Shown: in pieces, positions 1-10,914 of the stretch
How positions within the stretch are numbered: position 1 is the first letter of the stretch
Layout: the number at the start of each line of letters is the position of its first letter
Virus record (IMG/VR): IMGVR_UViG_3300028840_003924
Coordinates: 1-64,000 of that record
Direction: 5' to 3' (one strand)
DNA: 64,000 nt
Source of the DNA: a virus
Translations under genes and position numbers: made by a program
Notes under the pieces: generated by a model
Told to the model about the DNA's origin: nothing
The model's input: only the letters and a program-made list of their open reading frames with translations
The model's database searches: none

Positions 1-1195
1 CGGGCCTACCGGCGTAACAGGCCCGACTGGACCTCAGGGCGCACAAGGAAATCAGGGAGCAGCAGGAGCTACGGGAGCTACCGGGCCTACCGGCGTAACC
101 GGACCTACAGGGCCTCAGGGCGCACAAGGAAATCAGGGAGCAGCGGGCCCAACCGGAGCTACCGGACCTACAGGGCCTCAGGGCGCACAAGGAAATCAGG
201 GAGCAGCGGGAGCTACGGGAGCTACCGGGCCTCAAGGACCGCAGGGCAATCAAGGTGATACGGGACCTACTGGACCAACAGGGCCTCAAGGACCTCAAGG
301 CAATCAAGGCGACACAGGACCTACGGGACCAACAGGGCCAACGGGACCTCAAGGTAACCAAGGTGACACGGGACCAACCGGGCCTACAGGGCCAACGGGA
401 CCGCAAGGAAACCAAGGCGACACAGGGCCTACGGGACCTACGGGACCTACTGGGCCTACCGGACCTCAAGGACCACAAGGAAACCAAGGCGACACAGGGC
501 CTACGGGACCTACGGGGCCTACTGGACCGCAGGGCAATCAAGGCGACACAGGACCTACGGGACCAACAGGGCCAACGGGACCTCAAGGACCGCAAGGAAA
601 CCAAGGTGATACGGGACCAACCGGGCCTACGGGGCCAACGGGACCGCAAGGAAACCAAGGTGATACGGGACCAACAGGACCTACGGGACCTACCGGGCCT
701 CAAGGACCGCAAGGAAACCAAGGTGATACGGGACCAACCGGGCCTACGGGGCCAACGGGACCGCAAGGAAACCAAGGTGATACGGGACCAACAGGACCTA
801 CGGGACCTACGGGACCTACTGGGCCCACCGGACCCACCGGACCTACTGGTGACGATGCAAGAACATGTGCAACAACAACGACAACGGACAATACACCTAC
901 TACGATTGTGACTATACCTTTGACCGACAACACATCGTATGTTATCACTTCGACAACGGTGGCCTTTAGAACAAATGGATCAGATCAGGCAGGATATGGG
1001 CGAGACGGTGTATTCTACCGACGTGGCGGGGGTGCAACACAAGAAGGCGTAACAGATACGTACTTCACAAGAGAAAGTTCTAACTACGATGTCGACTTCG
1101 TCACATCGGGTAATAATGTTCTTATCCAAGTAACGGGCCGGGTAGGTCACAATATGAGTTGGAGAACCTGTTATACGATAACGGAGATATCATAA
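1..1195 (+). CDS. Collagen-like fibre protein, 5'-truncated by the window edge
   Basis: Frame open from nt 2 reads [18 protein letters not shown] Gly-X-Y repeats and continues into the 908..1195 ORF (beta-rich C-terminal domain). The 255..911 ORF is an off-frame shadow. Confidence 0.9.
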   Translation, partial: GPTGVTGPTGPQGAQGNQGAAGATGATGPTGVTGPTGPQGAQGNQGAAGPTGATGPTGPQGAQGNQGAAGATGATGPQGPQGNQGDTGPTGPTGPQGPQGNQGDTGPTGPTGPTGPQGNQGDTGPTGPTGPTGPQGNQGDTGPTGPTGPTGPTGPQGPQGNQGDTGPTGPTGPTGPQGNQGDTGPTGPTGPTGPQGPQGNQGDTGPTGPTGPTGPQGNQGDTGPTGPTGPTGPQGPQGNQGDTGPTGPTGPTGPQGNQGDTGPTGPTGPTGPTGPTGPTGPTGDDARTCATTTTTDNTPTTIVTIPLTDNTSYVITSTTVAFRTNGSDQAGYGRDGVFYRRGGGATQEGVTDTYFTRESSNYDVDFVTSGNNVLIQVTGRVGHNMSWRTCYTITEIS

Positions 1196-1842
1196 TGGCA
1201 ATCATAGGATCAACAGATAGAGGCCGAGGCCGATATGAACTAACATTGACTCACGATCCTGATAGTGTCGCCACCGTTGGACTTACGGGCTCTACAGCAC
1301 ACAATGTGGACAACGACACCCTTTGGCTCAAGTTAGATGATGGCGAGACAACAAACTGGATCAACCTTGGCTCATCTGCCAACATCTCCACCACTGGTTT
1401 TACCGGCAACTTGAACGGAATAACAGATGCTCAATCAGCATTGGATTTCCTCGACACTTTGACTTGGGATGGCTTACCCGGAGCGAAAACATACTTCACA
1501 GTAGGTTTTCAAGATAGCGAAAAACCATATGTCACATTCAACAGCACATCGTGGACAGGTTTCTCGAATATAATTTTCCCTGGCACTTCTACGTACTCGG
1601 TAGGTGCTTTCAAGGTTATCGCATCCAGAACGGGCACTAATGGATCATGCGATATTAGGCTATACGATTTGACAAACTTGAATGCAATCGGAACGGTGAA
1701 TTTTTCCTCTGATGTTGTACAAATTATAACACAAAGTACGTTAACTAACTTACCGGTTGGCGAAGCAATCTTTGAAGTCCAAGCCAGAAAATCGGCTGGC
1801 TCGGCTAGTTCCGGTAGATTACACTCGATTGCAATAGCGTAG
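1195..1842 (+). CDS. Putative virion/fibre-associated protein
   Basis: ATG overlaps the upstream TAA (TAATG). The C-terminal domain (KPY...YDLTN...TNLP..EAIFEVQARK) is paralogous to that of 1852..2514. Confidence 0.75.
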   Translation: MAIIGSTDRGRGRYELTLTHDPDSVATVGLTGSTAHNVDNDTLWLKLDDGETTNWINLGSSANISTTGFTGNLNGITDAQSALDFLDTLTWDGLPGAKTYFTVGFQDSEKPYVTFNSTSWTGFSNIIFPGTSTYSVGAFKVIASRTGTNGSCDIRLYDLTNLNAIGTVNFSSDVVQIITQSTLTNLPVGEAIFEVQARKSAGSASSGRLHSIAIA

Positions 1843-1851
1843 CAGGACAAA

Positions 1852-2514
1852 ATGGCACAGTACATTTACAGAGTATATTGCACTACAGAAGCAGCGTATG
1901 TCAGAACTGATTGGATATCTGATCCGCCTACCGAATGTCCTAACAATTCCGAACATGAAATAGACACGGATAACATTGTTATTGTTGAACTAGAGGCTTC
2001 TATAACCGGCCCAACAGGAGCAACAGGCGATACAGGTGATACAGGTCCTCAGGGATGTAGTGGGTGTACTGGACCTACAGGCCCAACTGGGCCACAGGGC
2101 AATCAGGGGGAAACTGGCCCACAAGGTAATCAGGGCGTGCAAGGAGCAAACGGCGGAAGCGAAAATTATTGCTCCTTCATTCTATATGATGAAACATCCA
2201 AACCATACTTAGAAGTGAGTAACGTTACCTGGACGACCCTTGCTAGCTTTGTTTATGACGGCAGCAGTACCTATAACATCAGCGAATTAAAGGCTGTAGT
2301 TTCAAGAAGCGGCTCTTCAGATACATCATATCTAAGAGTCCGTGACATAACAAATACTAATACCATAGCAAGTATAACCTGGACGAACTCAAGTCAACAT
2401 GTAGTTACAGATTCATCATTAACAAATGTACCAAGCGCTCAAGCCATTTTTGAAATACAAGCGAAGAAAGGGTCTGGCGACAACACTAGAGTTTGGGCCA
2501 TTCAATTAAAGTAG
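1852..2514 (+). CDS. Short collagen-linked modular virion protein
   Basis: N-terminal YCxxE...PTxCPNNxxH domain, about 50 aa of Gly-X-Y repeats, and a C-terminal domain shared with 1195..1842. AGGA SD. Confidence 0.8.
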   Translation: MAQYIYRVYCTTEAAYVRTDWISDPPTECPNNSEHEIDTDNIVIVELEASITGPTGATGDTGDTGPQGCSGCTGPTGPTGPQGNQGETGPQGNQGVQGANGGSENYCSFILYDETSKPYLEVSNVTWTTLASFVYDGSSTYNISELKAVVSRSGSSDTSYLRVRDITNTNTIASITWTNSSQHVVTDSSLTNVPSAQAIFEIQAKKGSGDNTRVWAIQLK

Positions 2515-2522
2515 AGGGCAAT

Positions 2523-3530
2523 ATGGCAACAGTTTACAAGTATAGCATCTATTGCGAAACAGAGGCAACAACGGTATATGCCTGGAGCGAGGCGGAACCC
2601 ACCACTTGTCCTAACAATACTGGCCACACAATAGACACCGATTCTATCGCCATCGTAGATACGGTAGCCGAAAACCACGTTTACCTGGACGATGTCTCGA
2701 AAACGAGCGACAACTTCCTCCAAACGGTTGAACAGCCGAGAGAGGGTGATGCACTCAACTACTATTCTCCGAACTTCTGTGATAAGACGACGTGGTACGA
2801 AGGTGCAACTGCTGTCAGCGAGTTCTCAATGAACGATTCTGGCGATTTGACTACTTGGAACACAGATGGCACTCATCCTGGCCCCTGGATCGACCTTACG
2901 CATGGCAAAATCTTCAAAGAGGATGACACACTAACCGCAAACCCAACATGCGCTGTTGTGGTGGAGGTTAGCACAGATAGCGGCTCAACATGGACGGAGA
3001 AGACGGAGAACACGTTTGATGATACAGACGGCGATTACAGTGTCAATTATGACAACGGAACGGTGACGTTCAATAGCGCCCTTTCCTCAGGCGATCAAGT
3101 ACGGGCCAGTTTCGCCAAGGCTCCCTCCACCATGACTTGGACCGTAGCACCCGCCTCGGGTAAGCGACTCAAACTCATGTACTGTGAAATTCAACTCACC
3201 ACCGATGCCGAGTTCACATGTGACTTCGTGTACGAGACCTGGGCCTACAACCCAGCCGATCTGCCCAACAAGATGAAGATCAACGAGTTTAAGTACAAAA
3301 GCCTCTCGGATGTTCTATACGAAAGCACTGGCGTCTATCCTAAGATTCCGGCCCTCGGCGGCACGGGGCCAAGGGGACTGAACAAAGAGGTCGTGATCTT
3401 CCCGTTCAACTACAACACTTGCCGAGACATGAAAGCCAGCCAGGGTGTGGAGGTACGAGTCAAATGCGATTCGGCACACACAGGCACGATGGCCACAACA
3501 ACATTCTATTGCCTGTGCGAAGATGAATGA
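2523..3530 (+). CDS. Putative virion structural protein
   Basis: N-terminal YCxxE...PTxCPNNxxH domain as in 1852..2514, and a DYSVNYDNGTVTF motif typical of phage structural beta-domains. Start moved to ATG 2523 (GAGG SD). Confidence 0.75.
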   Translation: MATVYKYSIYCETEATTVYAWSEAEPTTCPNNTGHTIDTDSIAIVDTVAENHVYLDDVSKTSDNFLQTVEQPREGDALNYYSPNFCDKTTWYEGATAVSEFSMNDSGDLTTWNTDGTHPGPWIDLTHGKIFKEDDTLTANPTCAVVVEVSTDSGSTWTEKTENTFDDTDGDYSVNYDNGTVTFNSALSSGDQVRASFAKAPSTMTWTVAPASGKRLKLMYCEIQLTTDAEFTCDFVYETWAYNPADLPNKMKINEFKYKSLSDVLYESTGVYPKIPALGGTGPRGLNKEVVIFPFNYNTCRDMKASQGVEVRVKCDSAHTGTMATTTFYCLCEDE

Positions 3531-3548
3531 TGCATGACTAAATAGTAC

Positions 3549-4299
3549 ATGGCATCACAAAACACAGAAGGCGCAGGACACGGATCGGCAGAAGGACCCA
3601 TCAGGCAACTGAGTCTCCTTCCCAAGGTCGATTTACATGAAGAATCACTTCCAGCCTTCGATATGGATGATGAGACCATCCAAAACTCTCTCGTGATCCC
3701 CAGCACGTCCACAGACAATCAATGGACAGGGAAGCAGTCCTTTGACGAGTACGTACTGGGACGATCTGCGAGTACCTGTGAATGCCACAATCAGGGGCGG
3801 TTCCAAAGACCCAACTTTCGCCAAATGGCTTGACAATGGTGCTGGAAGCCAGGGCGTATTCCTGTATTTTTTCAGTCCGACCATCGAGGAAGAGCTATAC
3901 TTCGCAGCACAATTACCACATAGTTGGAAAGAGGGCACAGATATCCATGCCCACTTACATTGGATTCCGAAATCGAATGGAGCCGCAGGACAGAAGGTGT
4001 CGTGGGGTTTGGAATACACATGGTTCGATGTCGGAGCAGTAGCGTCCAATACCAGTATCGTCTATGGCGACACAACGCACATTGATGAGGATTTGATTGC
4101 CAACAAACAGTACATCACCTCGTTTGGAAGTCTTTCCGGCAGCGGCCTCTTACTTTCCAGTATGCTGGCTTGCCGAGTATTTAGGGATGCTACCGGGGCT
4201 GGTGGTACAGATAGCTATACCGCTGATGCGGGTCTGTTGGAGGTCGACTTCCACTACGAAATCAACACACCCGGCAGCCGACAGCCCTTCATCAAGTAA
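3549..4299 (+). pseudogene. Fibre-type protein with WDDLRVP domain, split by a frameshift (ORFs 3549..3833 and 3742..4299)
   Basis: Removing one copy of the tandem GTAC at 3749-3756 joins NQWTGKQSFDEY to WDDLRVP...QLPHSWKEGT in one 248-aa frame. Confidence 0.6.
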
Positions 4300-4304
4300 T
4301 TCTC

Positions 4305-4339
4305 AACCTCCTCCTACTCCTTTGGAGTAGGAGGAGGTT
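4305..4339 (+). terminator. Hairpin with 16-bp arms followed by T's; overlaps the SD of the next gene
   Basis: AACCTCCTCCTACTCC-TTT-GGAGTAGGAGGAGGTT, then TTCTT and ATG 4345. Confidence 0.7.
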
Positions 4340-4344
4340 TTCTT

Positions 4345-5886
4345 ATGCAACTATCTGTCGTAATGATCGTCAAGAACGAGGAAGAGGTACTAGGAAAGTG
4401 CCTGGAAACCGTCAAAGACGCCGATGAAATCGTGATTCTCGATACTGGTTCTGAGGACAAAACAAAAGAGATCGCTCAGAGATACACCGCCAGATTCCTT
4501 GAGAATGTATACACTTGGTGCGACGACTTTGCCGGGGCCCGAAACGAAGCGAAGAAGTACGCCACCGGCAACTGGATTCTGAGCATCGACGCTGACGAAA
4601 CCCTGGAGCCGGGCGGTATCGAGAAGCTCAAGAGGGACATCGAGGTAGCAGAGAAGACCGGATGCGATGCAGTCGACGTAGTCATGACGTGCATCAACAA
4701 CTCCTACTACTACCCACGTTGCTTTAAGAACGATCCTGAAATCCTCTGGAAGGGTCCGATTCATGAAGTCCCCAATGCAAAGAAACGGGGGGTCGGCACG
4801 GTCAAGATCACATACGGCTATAGCCCGGCACATAAGAAGGACCCGAATCGATCACTAAGGATTCTGGAGAAGTACGTCAAGGACAACCCAGATTGCAAGC
4901 GTGAGGTCTATTATCTGGCCCGAGAATATACCTACAAGAAAGAATGGGAGAAGGCTGTCTATTGGTTCAACCAATATATTGAGCGGGCCGTCTGGATACC
5001 CGAGAAGACTGACGCCTTCTATCTCTTGGCAAAGTCCTACTGGAACCTCAGTCGGGGAGATGACGCCAGAGACGCCTGTCTGAAGGCGATTCTGCTCAAC
5101 CCCAACTTCAAGGAAGCTATCCGCTTCATGAGTGATATCGTTTGGCCACGCCAGAAGAAGCGGTGGCTCGAAATGGCCGAAGGGGCAACCAACGAGGGTG
5201 TGCTCTTCACCAGAGATTCAGAGATCAAGAGAACGACCGAAACAAAAGCCCGGCTCGATTTCCTGATTGTTGGCCACCCCCGTTCTGGAACCCGATACAT
5301 GTCTGAACTCTTCACGTCTTTCGGCCTACAAGTTGGCCACGAGAAGTACGGTAGGTACGGCACCTCTTCCTGGCTCCTCGCCGTTGAGTCTGAAGAGTAC
5401 CCACAGTTCTACTGGCAAAGCAATGGCGAGCCGTCAAACAACCCAAAAGACCGCCGAAGCGACTTCGATTACCGCCACATCATTCACGTCGTGCGGGACC
5501 CCTTGAAAACAATCGCCTCTACCATGCATACGGAGGACTCCGTAGAGCCTTCGATACGCTTCCGTAAAAAGTACGCCACCATGTACGGTAATCCGTACAT
5601 GGTGGCTACTTTAAGCTACCTGAATTGGAACCGGATTATACAGGCGCAGAATCCGTCTCTGGTAGTGAAAGTGGAAGAGTCGGCAGCCCAGGTATTCGAG
5701 TTCCTGGTCAAGACAGAGTACGTGAATGCCGCTGCCAACCTAGAGAAATTCCAGTTGCCGAGTAAGCAGAGCAATAGCCGTCCGCACGATGCGCTCGACA
5801 AAGCAACTCTTCGGGCAAACTTGCCCGAAGAGTTGTGGGATGAATTGGTGGCATTTTCGCATGAGTATGGTTACGATCTGTCTTAA
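4345..5886 (+). CDS. GT2 glycosyltransferase + TPR + sulfotransferase-like fusion
   Basis: LSVVMIVKNEE, DTGSED, DFAGARN and SIDADE GT2 motifs; TPR-like helices; C-terminal IVGHPRSGT (5'-PSB) and VRDPLKTIAS (3'-PB) sulfotransferase motifs. Confidence 0.85.
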   Translation: MQLSVVMIVKNEEEVLGKCLETVKDADEIVILDTGSEDKTKEIAQRYTARFLENVYTWCDDFAGARNEAKKYATGNWILSIDADETLEPGGIEKLKRDIEVAEKTGCDAVDVVMTCINNSYYYPRCFKNDPEILWKGPIHEVPNAKKRGVGTVKITYGYSPAHKKDPNRSLRILEKYVKDNPDCKREVYYLAREYTYKKEWEKAVYWFNQYIERAVWIPEKTDAFYLLAKSYWNLSRGDDARDACLKAILLNPNFKEAIRFMSDIVWPRQKKRWLEMAEGATNEGVLFTRDSEIKRTTETKARLDFLIVGHPRSGTRYMSELFTSFGLQVGHEKYGRYGTSSWLLAVESEEYPQFYWQSNGEPSNNPKDRRSDFDYRHIIHVVRDPLKTIASTMHTEDSVEPSIRFRKKYATMYGNPYMVATLSYLNWNRIIQAQNPSLVVKVEESAAQVFEFLVKTEYVNAAANLEKFQLPSKQSNSRPHDALDKATLRANLPEELWDELVAFSHEYGYDLS

Positions 5887-6191
5887 ACGTCGGAAGCGCC
5901 GTCGTAATCATCAAGCGTCTTGAGGTACTCGTAACTACGCTCGACATGATTCTGGTCGACTGTGTCAAGCACACTATTGGCGTAGTAAGTCGTATAATCT
6001 GATCCTGCGACTCTGTAAGATGCGGACCCAACAGGAGACTTATCAGCGGCTTTCGCTGCTGCGTCTTTGTAGATCGTTACATGGATCATCATCCTGTCGC
6101 TGACCCTATTATGACTCAAGCTAGTTATCTTATGATACGCAGACGAGTGAGTTACACCGGTCGGGGCTTCGTATGATAGTTGTAGTGACAT
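5883..6191 (-). CDS. Small tail-fibre-associated protein (assembly/chaperone-like)
   Basis: 102-aa ORF at the end of the fibre operon with AAGGAG SD; AYHKI...YEYLK pattern typical of small phage fibre-adjacent proteins. Confidence 0.55.
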   Translation of the reverse strand: MSLQLSYEAPTGVTHSSAYHKITSLSHNRVSDRMMIHVTIYKDAAAKAADKSPVGSASYRVAGSDYTTYYANSVLDTVDQNHVERSYEYLKTLDDYDGASDV

Positions 6192-6207
6192 TGGTTTCTC
6201 CTTTAGT

Positions 6208-6215
6208 CTATTTAT
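6208..6215 (-). promoter_or_regulatory. T4-type late-promoter-like motif ATAAATAG
   Basis: Resembles T4 TATAAATA; 16 nt upstream of the 6191 start. Confidence 0.55.
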
Positions 6216-6220
6216 TCATG

Positions 6221-7021
6221 TTAGAGGGTTTTCCAAAACAGAGATTCTCTTACATATGCATGAGCCGCCTGTCCCAAAATTTCTGGATGTTGCGGCGGTT
6301 GTGGTTCTACTTTTGACCGTATCTTATGTAACGGGACGCCAAAGCCATGTACACTATCGTCTTCGGTCGTTACTTGTTCCACATAGTCAAAATTGTGCTT
6401 AAAGGGCTCCAAACCCAAGAACTCATAAATACTTTCAAGAGTTTCGTCTGGCTCTCGGCACAAAATGTCGTAGTCCACGAAATGCATCCTATCCTTAAAA
6501 CCACGGGCAACAGCATCTTTGATTCTATTAACCGCTAACCCAACAACCTCCGCTTCTTCACACCAGATCGCAAGACGATTCTCCAGCTTCTGGTATCGTA
6601 TGTAGTTGTCCCGTTCAGTCGGAGTCTGCCGGGATTTTGATCCCGCTCTCCACAGCTTCTCGAAACTGGCAAGGACATCTCTCAAATCCCGTACCGGCAC
6701 GATCACTTTGATTTCCCCGTCGAGTATCCATTCCAACATTTCGATATGAGCTAACCAACCACGAGATTTGTCGACCACGATAGGTTCTTCAATGCCCCAG
6801 TAGTAATTTTCGAGGATTCCCTTAAGCACATGCCGTTTGGCTTCCTCCAATGGGTGGGCCTTATGCTCAATAATGTCATCCCAACAATTCCGTAGCTTAA
6901 AAAGGACTTCCAAACAACCACTTGTATGGGTAGCATAAATTTCTGGGTTCTGCGCTAGAATGTTGCAAAGCAGTGTTGAGCCTGCCCTTGGCAAACCCCC
7001 TAAGAAATAGAACTTCCTCAT
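6221..7021 (-). CDS. Sulfotransferase family protein
   Basis: GLPRAGSTLL (5'-PSB), VDKSRGW, VRDLRDVLAS (3'-PB), YDILCREP..TL..IYEFLG. GGAGG SD before ATG 7021. Confidence 0.9.
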   Translation of the reverse strand: MRKFYFLGGLPRAGSTLLCNILAQNPEIYATHTSGCLEVLFKLRNCWDDIIEHKAHPLEEAKRHVLKGILENYYWGIEEPIVVDKSRGWLAHIEMLEWILDGEIKVIVPVRDLRDVLASFEKLWRAGSKSRQTPTERDNYIRYQKLENRLAIWCEEAEVVGLAVNRIKDAVARGFKDRMHFVDYDILCREPDETLESIYEFLGLEPFKHNFDYVEQVTTEDDSVHGFGVPLHKIRSKVEPQPPQHPEILGQAAHAYVRESLFWKTL

Positions 7022-7072
7022 AGCCTCCACCTCCACTTCTAGGTATAAACTAGTTTGCGGTATGCAAAAGGA

Positions 7073-8887
7073 TTAGGATGCTGAGAAATCTACCAAAGTA
7101 ATCGTTTTGGTGGTATAACCATCATTCACCTTCATCATTATGTCGCCATCATCCCCACTGCCCGAACCATTAGATTGCCACATTACAAAGCTATCAGATG
7201 GCGGATTATTTGGGTCATAACTGGTCGCAGCACTCAACAAGAAGCCATAGTTGGCCCTGACGCAAAACTGATCTGATTGGTTGGCGTAGAAGCTACTGTA
7301 GGCAGAATCGGCGAAGATAAATACGCCATCGTAATAGCTAGTCTTTGCGTTACGACCCATAGCGACCGAATAATTTCCATCAGCAGTACAATTTCGCCCA
7401 CCTGGGACGGTAGCGTAGTCCCCACTTGCCGAATTATATCTTCCGCCCCCAATGGTAGATGATGTGCCCGATGCACTGTTGTAATAACCCCCACCGACAG
7501 TCGCATACGTCGATCCAGCATTGTTGTTGCTGCCGCCTCCGATAGTGGTATAGTTGTATGACGCACTGTTACCGCCGCCGCCACCGATGGTAGCCCCCGA
7601 ATAGCTGGCAGAATTACTCTGTCCGCCACTAACTGTTGCATTCGACCCAGTGGCATAATTATAGTAACCGCCACCAACAGTCGCATACCCACTTGTGGCT
7701 TGATTGTTTTTCCCACCTCCAACAGTTGCATAGCTTGAGCTAGCGGTATTACTTCTACCGCCTCCAACAGTTGCGTAATAAGCACTCGCCGAATTACTTT
7801 GTCCGCCCCCAACAGTAGCACATGTGCCCGCCGCACTATTGTAGCGACCACCACCAACAGTATCGCCTTGATAGCTCGCAGAATTGCTGTAGCCTCCAGC
7901 AACCGTTGTATGTACTTCAGAAGCTTGATTGTACTGACCACCGCCCACCGTTGAATGGGCGAATCCCGAATAGGCTCCTGATGCCGTGTTATTCCTACCA
8001 CCACCAACTGTACTGTAATGAGAGCTAGCGGTATTAGAGACCCCGCCACCAACAGTGCAAGCCAGTTGTGACGCCGTGTTAAACTGACCGCCCCCTATAC
8101 AACCAACGTCGCCATAGGCGGTAACCTGATTTCCACCCCCTCCACTAATAGTGCCATATTGAGCACCTACACTATTAGTCTTGCCACCACCAACTGTAGC
8201 AAGAATGGCTGACGACGTATTGTCAGAACCTCCACCAATGACAGAGCGTGTGCCAGATGCGACCATGCTGGATGAGTAACGATCTGTTTGTAAGTCAACA
8301 GAATGTTCACCCCTAGCATTACCCGCTGTTGATCCAGTTGCGCTAGCTCCTTCATCAGCAGCACGTATGTTATAGCTGTTACCATCTGTGCCCTGAACCG
8401 TACCGCCACTACCACCGCCACCACCGGTTGGCCCGGTGGGACCCGTAGGCCCTGTGGCTCCTGCTGCCCCTTGAGCGCCTTGAGCGCCTGCCGCACCCTG
8501 AGGCCCAGTAGGACCGGTAGCCCCTGCGCCAGTTGGTCCTTGGGCACCCGTATCACCTTGATCGCCTGTCGCACCCTGAGGCCCAGTAGGACCGGTAGCC
8601 CCTGCGCCAGTTGGTCCTTGGGCACCCGTATCACCTTGATCGCCTGTCGCACCCTGAGGCCCAGTTGGACCGGTATCCCCAGCCCCGGTTGCGCCTTGAG
8701 CACCGGTATCTCCCTGCGCACCAGTATCGCCATCAGCCCCTTGGGCTCCCTGAGTCCCTTGCGTTCCCTGAGCCCCAGTATCACCTTGGGGTCCGGTAGG
8801 TCCGGTTACATTGTCAAAGTTACCGAAAGAGCCAGTTGCCCCGATTGATTCAATTTGATTTGTGGTATGATCAAACTTAAGTGTCAA
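7073..8887 (-). CDS. Collagen-like fibre with YadA-head-like GGGxxNxA repeats (array member 6)
   Basis: Gly-X-Y stalk, shared NARGExSVDLQ neck, about 20 14-aa TVGGGxxNxAS repeats, distinct C-terminus. TTG start. Confidence 0.85.
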   Translation of the reverse strand: MTLKFDHTTNQIESIGATGSFGNFDNVTGPTGPQGDTGAQGTQGTQGAQGADGDTGAQGDTGAQGATGAGDTGPTGPQGATGDQGDTGAQGPTGAGATGPTGPQGATGDQGDTGAQGPTGAGATGPTGPQGAAGAQGAQGAAGATGPTGPTGPTGGGGGSGGTVQGTDGNSYNIRAADEGASATGSTAGNARGEHSVDLQTDRYSSSMVASGTRSVIGGGSDNTSSAILATVGGGKTNSVGAQYGTISGGGGNQVTAYGDVGCIGGGQFNTASQLACTVGGGVSNTASSHYSTVGGGRNNTASGAYSGFAHSTVGGGQYNQASEVHTTVAGGYSNSASYQGDTVGGGRYNSAAGTCATVGGGQSNSASAYYATVGGGRSNTASSSYATVGGGKNNQATSGYATVGGGYYNYATGSNATVSGGQSNSASYSGATIGGGGGNSASYNYTTIGGGSNNNAGSTYATVGGGYYNSASGTSSTIGGGRYNSASGDYATVPGGRNCTADGNYSVAMGRNAKTSYYDGVFIFADSAYSSFYANQSDQFCVRANYGFLLSAATSYDPNNPPSDSFVMWQSNGSGSGDDGDIMMKVNDGYTTKTITLVDFSAS

Positions 8888-8909
8888 TGCCCCTCCCCGA
8901 TTACAGTAT

Positions 8910-8993
8910 CTATGCGGGGTAGTTCACTTCTATCGTCCGAACATGCGCAACCCACCTAACCGTATCACCGCCAGTGTCCGTATCCTGCACCTC
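8910..8993 (-). pseudogene. Orphan C-terminal fragment of a fibre gene
   Basis: Reads [27 protein letters not shown], homologous to the C-terminus [26 protein letters not shown] of the gene ending at 8996. It has no start and is out of frame with that gene. Confidence 0.8.
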
Positions 8994-8995
8994 TT

Positions 8996-10873
8996 CTATG
9001 CATAGGTCACTGACGATGCTCTAACTGTACAAACCCATCTAACTGTATCGCTCGATGCTCCACTGTCAGACACTTCGACCAAGAAATAGTTGGATGATCC
9101 CGACAATCTGGCATCAAAATTGGCATCATCTTCATGGAGGGTTGTTACGGTTCCTGTATTGATGATTACATTAGTCGCACCGTCATTTTCGGCTGAAAAA
9201 TCAATCCTATATGACCAAGTTTTAGCCATTCCGCTTGTCGCACCAGAAAGCCAAACAGTCCCAGTCCAAAGAGTGTCAGTTGGAATAACAATGCGAAGAC
9301 CACCCGGTGTGCCATCAGCCGTTAGGTAATACCAACTTGTGGTTGTATGGGCCACTTCCCTTCGCCCGGTCCAAAGAACGGTTTGAGCGTCACCAGTAGA
9401 GGCAAATCTACCAGATGCTCTTGCCTCTTCGCCATATCCCGCCGCTTTAGCATAATAGCCACTTGCCATCGAGAAACTTCCTGTTGTATTACAGGATTGT
9501 CCTCCGGGTATTGCACTACTTGTACCAGTGGCTACGTTAAGATAACCCCCGCCAATACTGATATAATCATTGGTAGTTATTTGATTTTGTCTACCCGCAA
9601 CGATACAACTATAATCGGCAGAAGAACCTACTGAATTTGTGTTGCCTGCACCGATAAAATTATAATTATTCGCTACTGTGTTATCGTATCCTCCCGCTAT
9701 TACTCCATGAGTACCAGTAACATTGTTAGAAAAACCACCACCAATAAATCCACTGCTGCCTGTAATGCTGTTGGTATTACCCCCACAAATAGTTCCATAG
9801 CTTACGGATACAGTGTTGCTTGTACCTCCACATACCACTGTGTGAGTGTGAAACCCAGTGCTAGAAGCGTTGCTTTGCCCGCCACCAATAAAGTTATATT
9901 GTGCAGACCCATTGTTGGTGTTACTTGCACCGCCGCAAATCACAGAGTTTGATGCATTACAATCGTTTGCATTGCCGCCACCAATAAACGAATATGCATT
10001 ATCAATTTGGTTGTTATATCCAGCGACAATTCCACTGTAAAACGATGTGACCGCAGCCCCAACATCATTAAGTCTTCCACCACAAATCACTGCATAATCT
10101 GTATTTGAGCCTACACCTATAGCATTACTGGTGCCGCCACCGATAAAGCAACGATCTGCATTGGTGGGCAAAGAATTTTGTTCACCACCACAAAGGACGT
10201 TATAAGTACCGTTACCAATAGTGTTAAAATATCCACATAGTATCCCGCTATAACTGCCAGAACCGACAGCGTTCCGGCGACCTCCTGTAATGACCGCTCC
10301 TGTTCCAGCAGCTACTTCTGTTGCAAGTGATCGATAAGTTTGAAGATCAACCGAATACTCGCCCCTAGCGTTACCAGCTATCGTAGTTCCTACATTCCTT
10401 GATCGGATATTGTAGGTATTACCATCGGTTGGTTGAACAGTGCCCCAAAGAGGACTTGGATTTGGACCTGTAGGCCCTGTTGCGCCATCATTGCCTTGTG
10501 GCCCTGTTGGTCCTGTAGCTCCAGCATCGCCTTGAGCGCCTTGTGGTCCTGTTGGTCCTGTAGCCCCGGCATCGCCCTGGGCTCCTTGAGCGCCTTGTGG
10601 CCCTGTTGGTCCTGTAGCTCCAGCATCGCCTTGAGCGCCTTGAGCGCCTTGTGGTCCTGTTGGCCCTGTAGCTCCAGCATCGCCTTGGGCTCCTTGAGCG
10701 CCTTGTGGTCCTGTTGGCCCTGTTGGCCCTGTAGCTCCAGCATCGCCTTGAGCCCCTTGCGCTCCAGTTGGCCCTGTAGCCCCAGTTATTCCCGATGGAA
10801 CGACACCGTCAATCGTTAACGCACCGCCATCCGCCGAGATGTCTTCTGCTACATTATCATAACTGATCGCCAA
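8996..10873 (-). CDS. Collagen-like fibre, array member 5
   Basis: YDNV..DI N-terminal module, Gly-X-Y stalk, [11 protein letters not shown] neck, GGxxN repeats, GDAQ...TVRWV C-terminal domain. Confidence 0.88.
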   Translation of the reverse strand: MAISYDNVAEDISADGGALTIDGVVPSGITGATGPTGAQGAQGDAGATGPTGPTGPQGAQGAQGDAGATGPTGPQGAQGAQGDAGATGPTGPQGAQGAQGDAGATGPTGPQGAQGDAGATGPTGPQGNDGATGPTGPNPSPLWGTVQPTDGNTYNIRSRNVGTTIAGNARGEYSVDLQTYRSLATEVAAGTGAVITGGRRNAVGSGSYSGILCGYFNTIGNGTYNVLCGGEQNSLPTNADRCFIGGGTSNAIGVGSNTDYAVICGGRLNDVGAAVTSFYSGIVAGYNNQIDNAYSFIGGGNANDCNASNSVICGGASNTNNGSAQYNFIGGGQSNASSTGFHTHTVVCGGTSNTVSVSYGTICGGNTNSITGSSGFIGGGFSNNVTGTHGVIAGGYDNTVANNYNFIGAGNTNSVGSSADYSCIVAGRQNQITTNDYISIGGGYLNVATGTSSAIPGGQSCNTTGSFSMASGYYAKAAGYGEEARASGRFASTGDAQTVLWTGRREVAHTTTSWYYLTADGTPGGLRIVIPTDTLWTGTVWLSGATSGMAKTWSYRIDFSAENDGATNVIINTGTVTTLHEDDANFDARLSGSSNYFLVEVSDSGASSDTVRWVCTVRASSVTYA

Positions 10874-10914
10874 CGGTCCCCCTTATTGTTCTCCCCAACT
10901 ATCCTCCAATATCA

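Noticed and set aside
10874-10914. Second C-terminal relic (GAACAATAA echoes the IVEQ* end of 12830..14737)
   Set aside because: Only about 9 nt of similarity, not distinguishable from chance.
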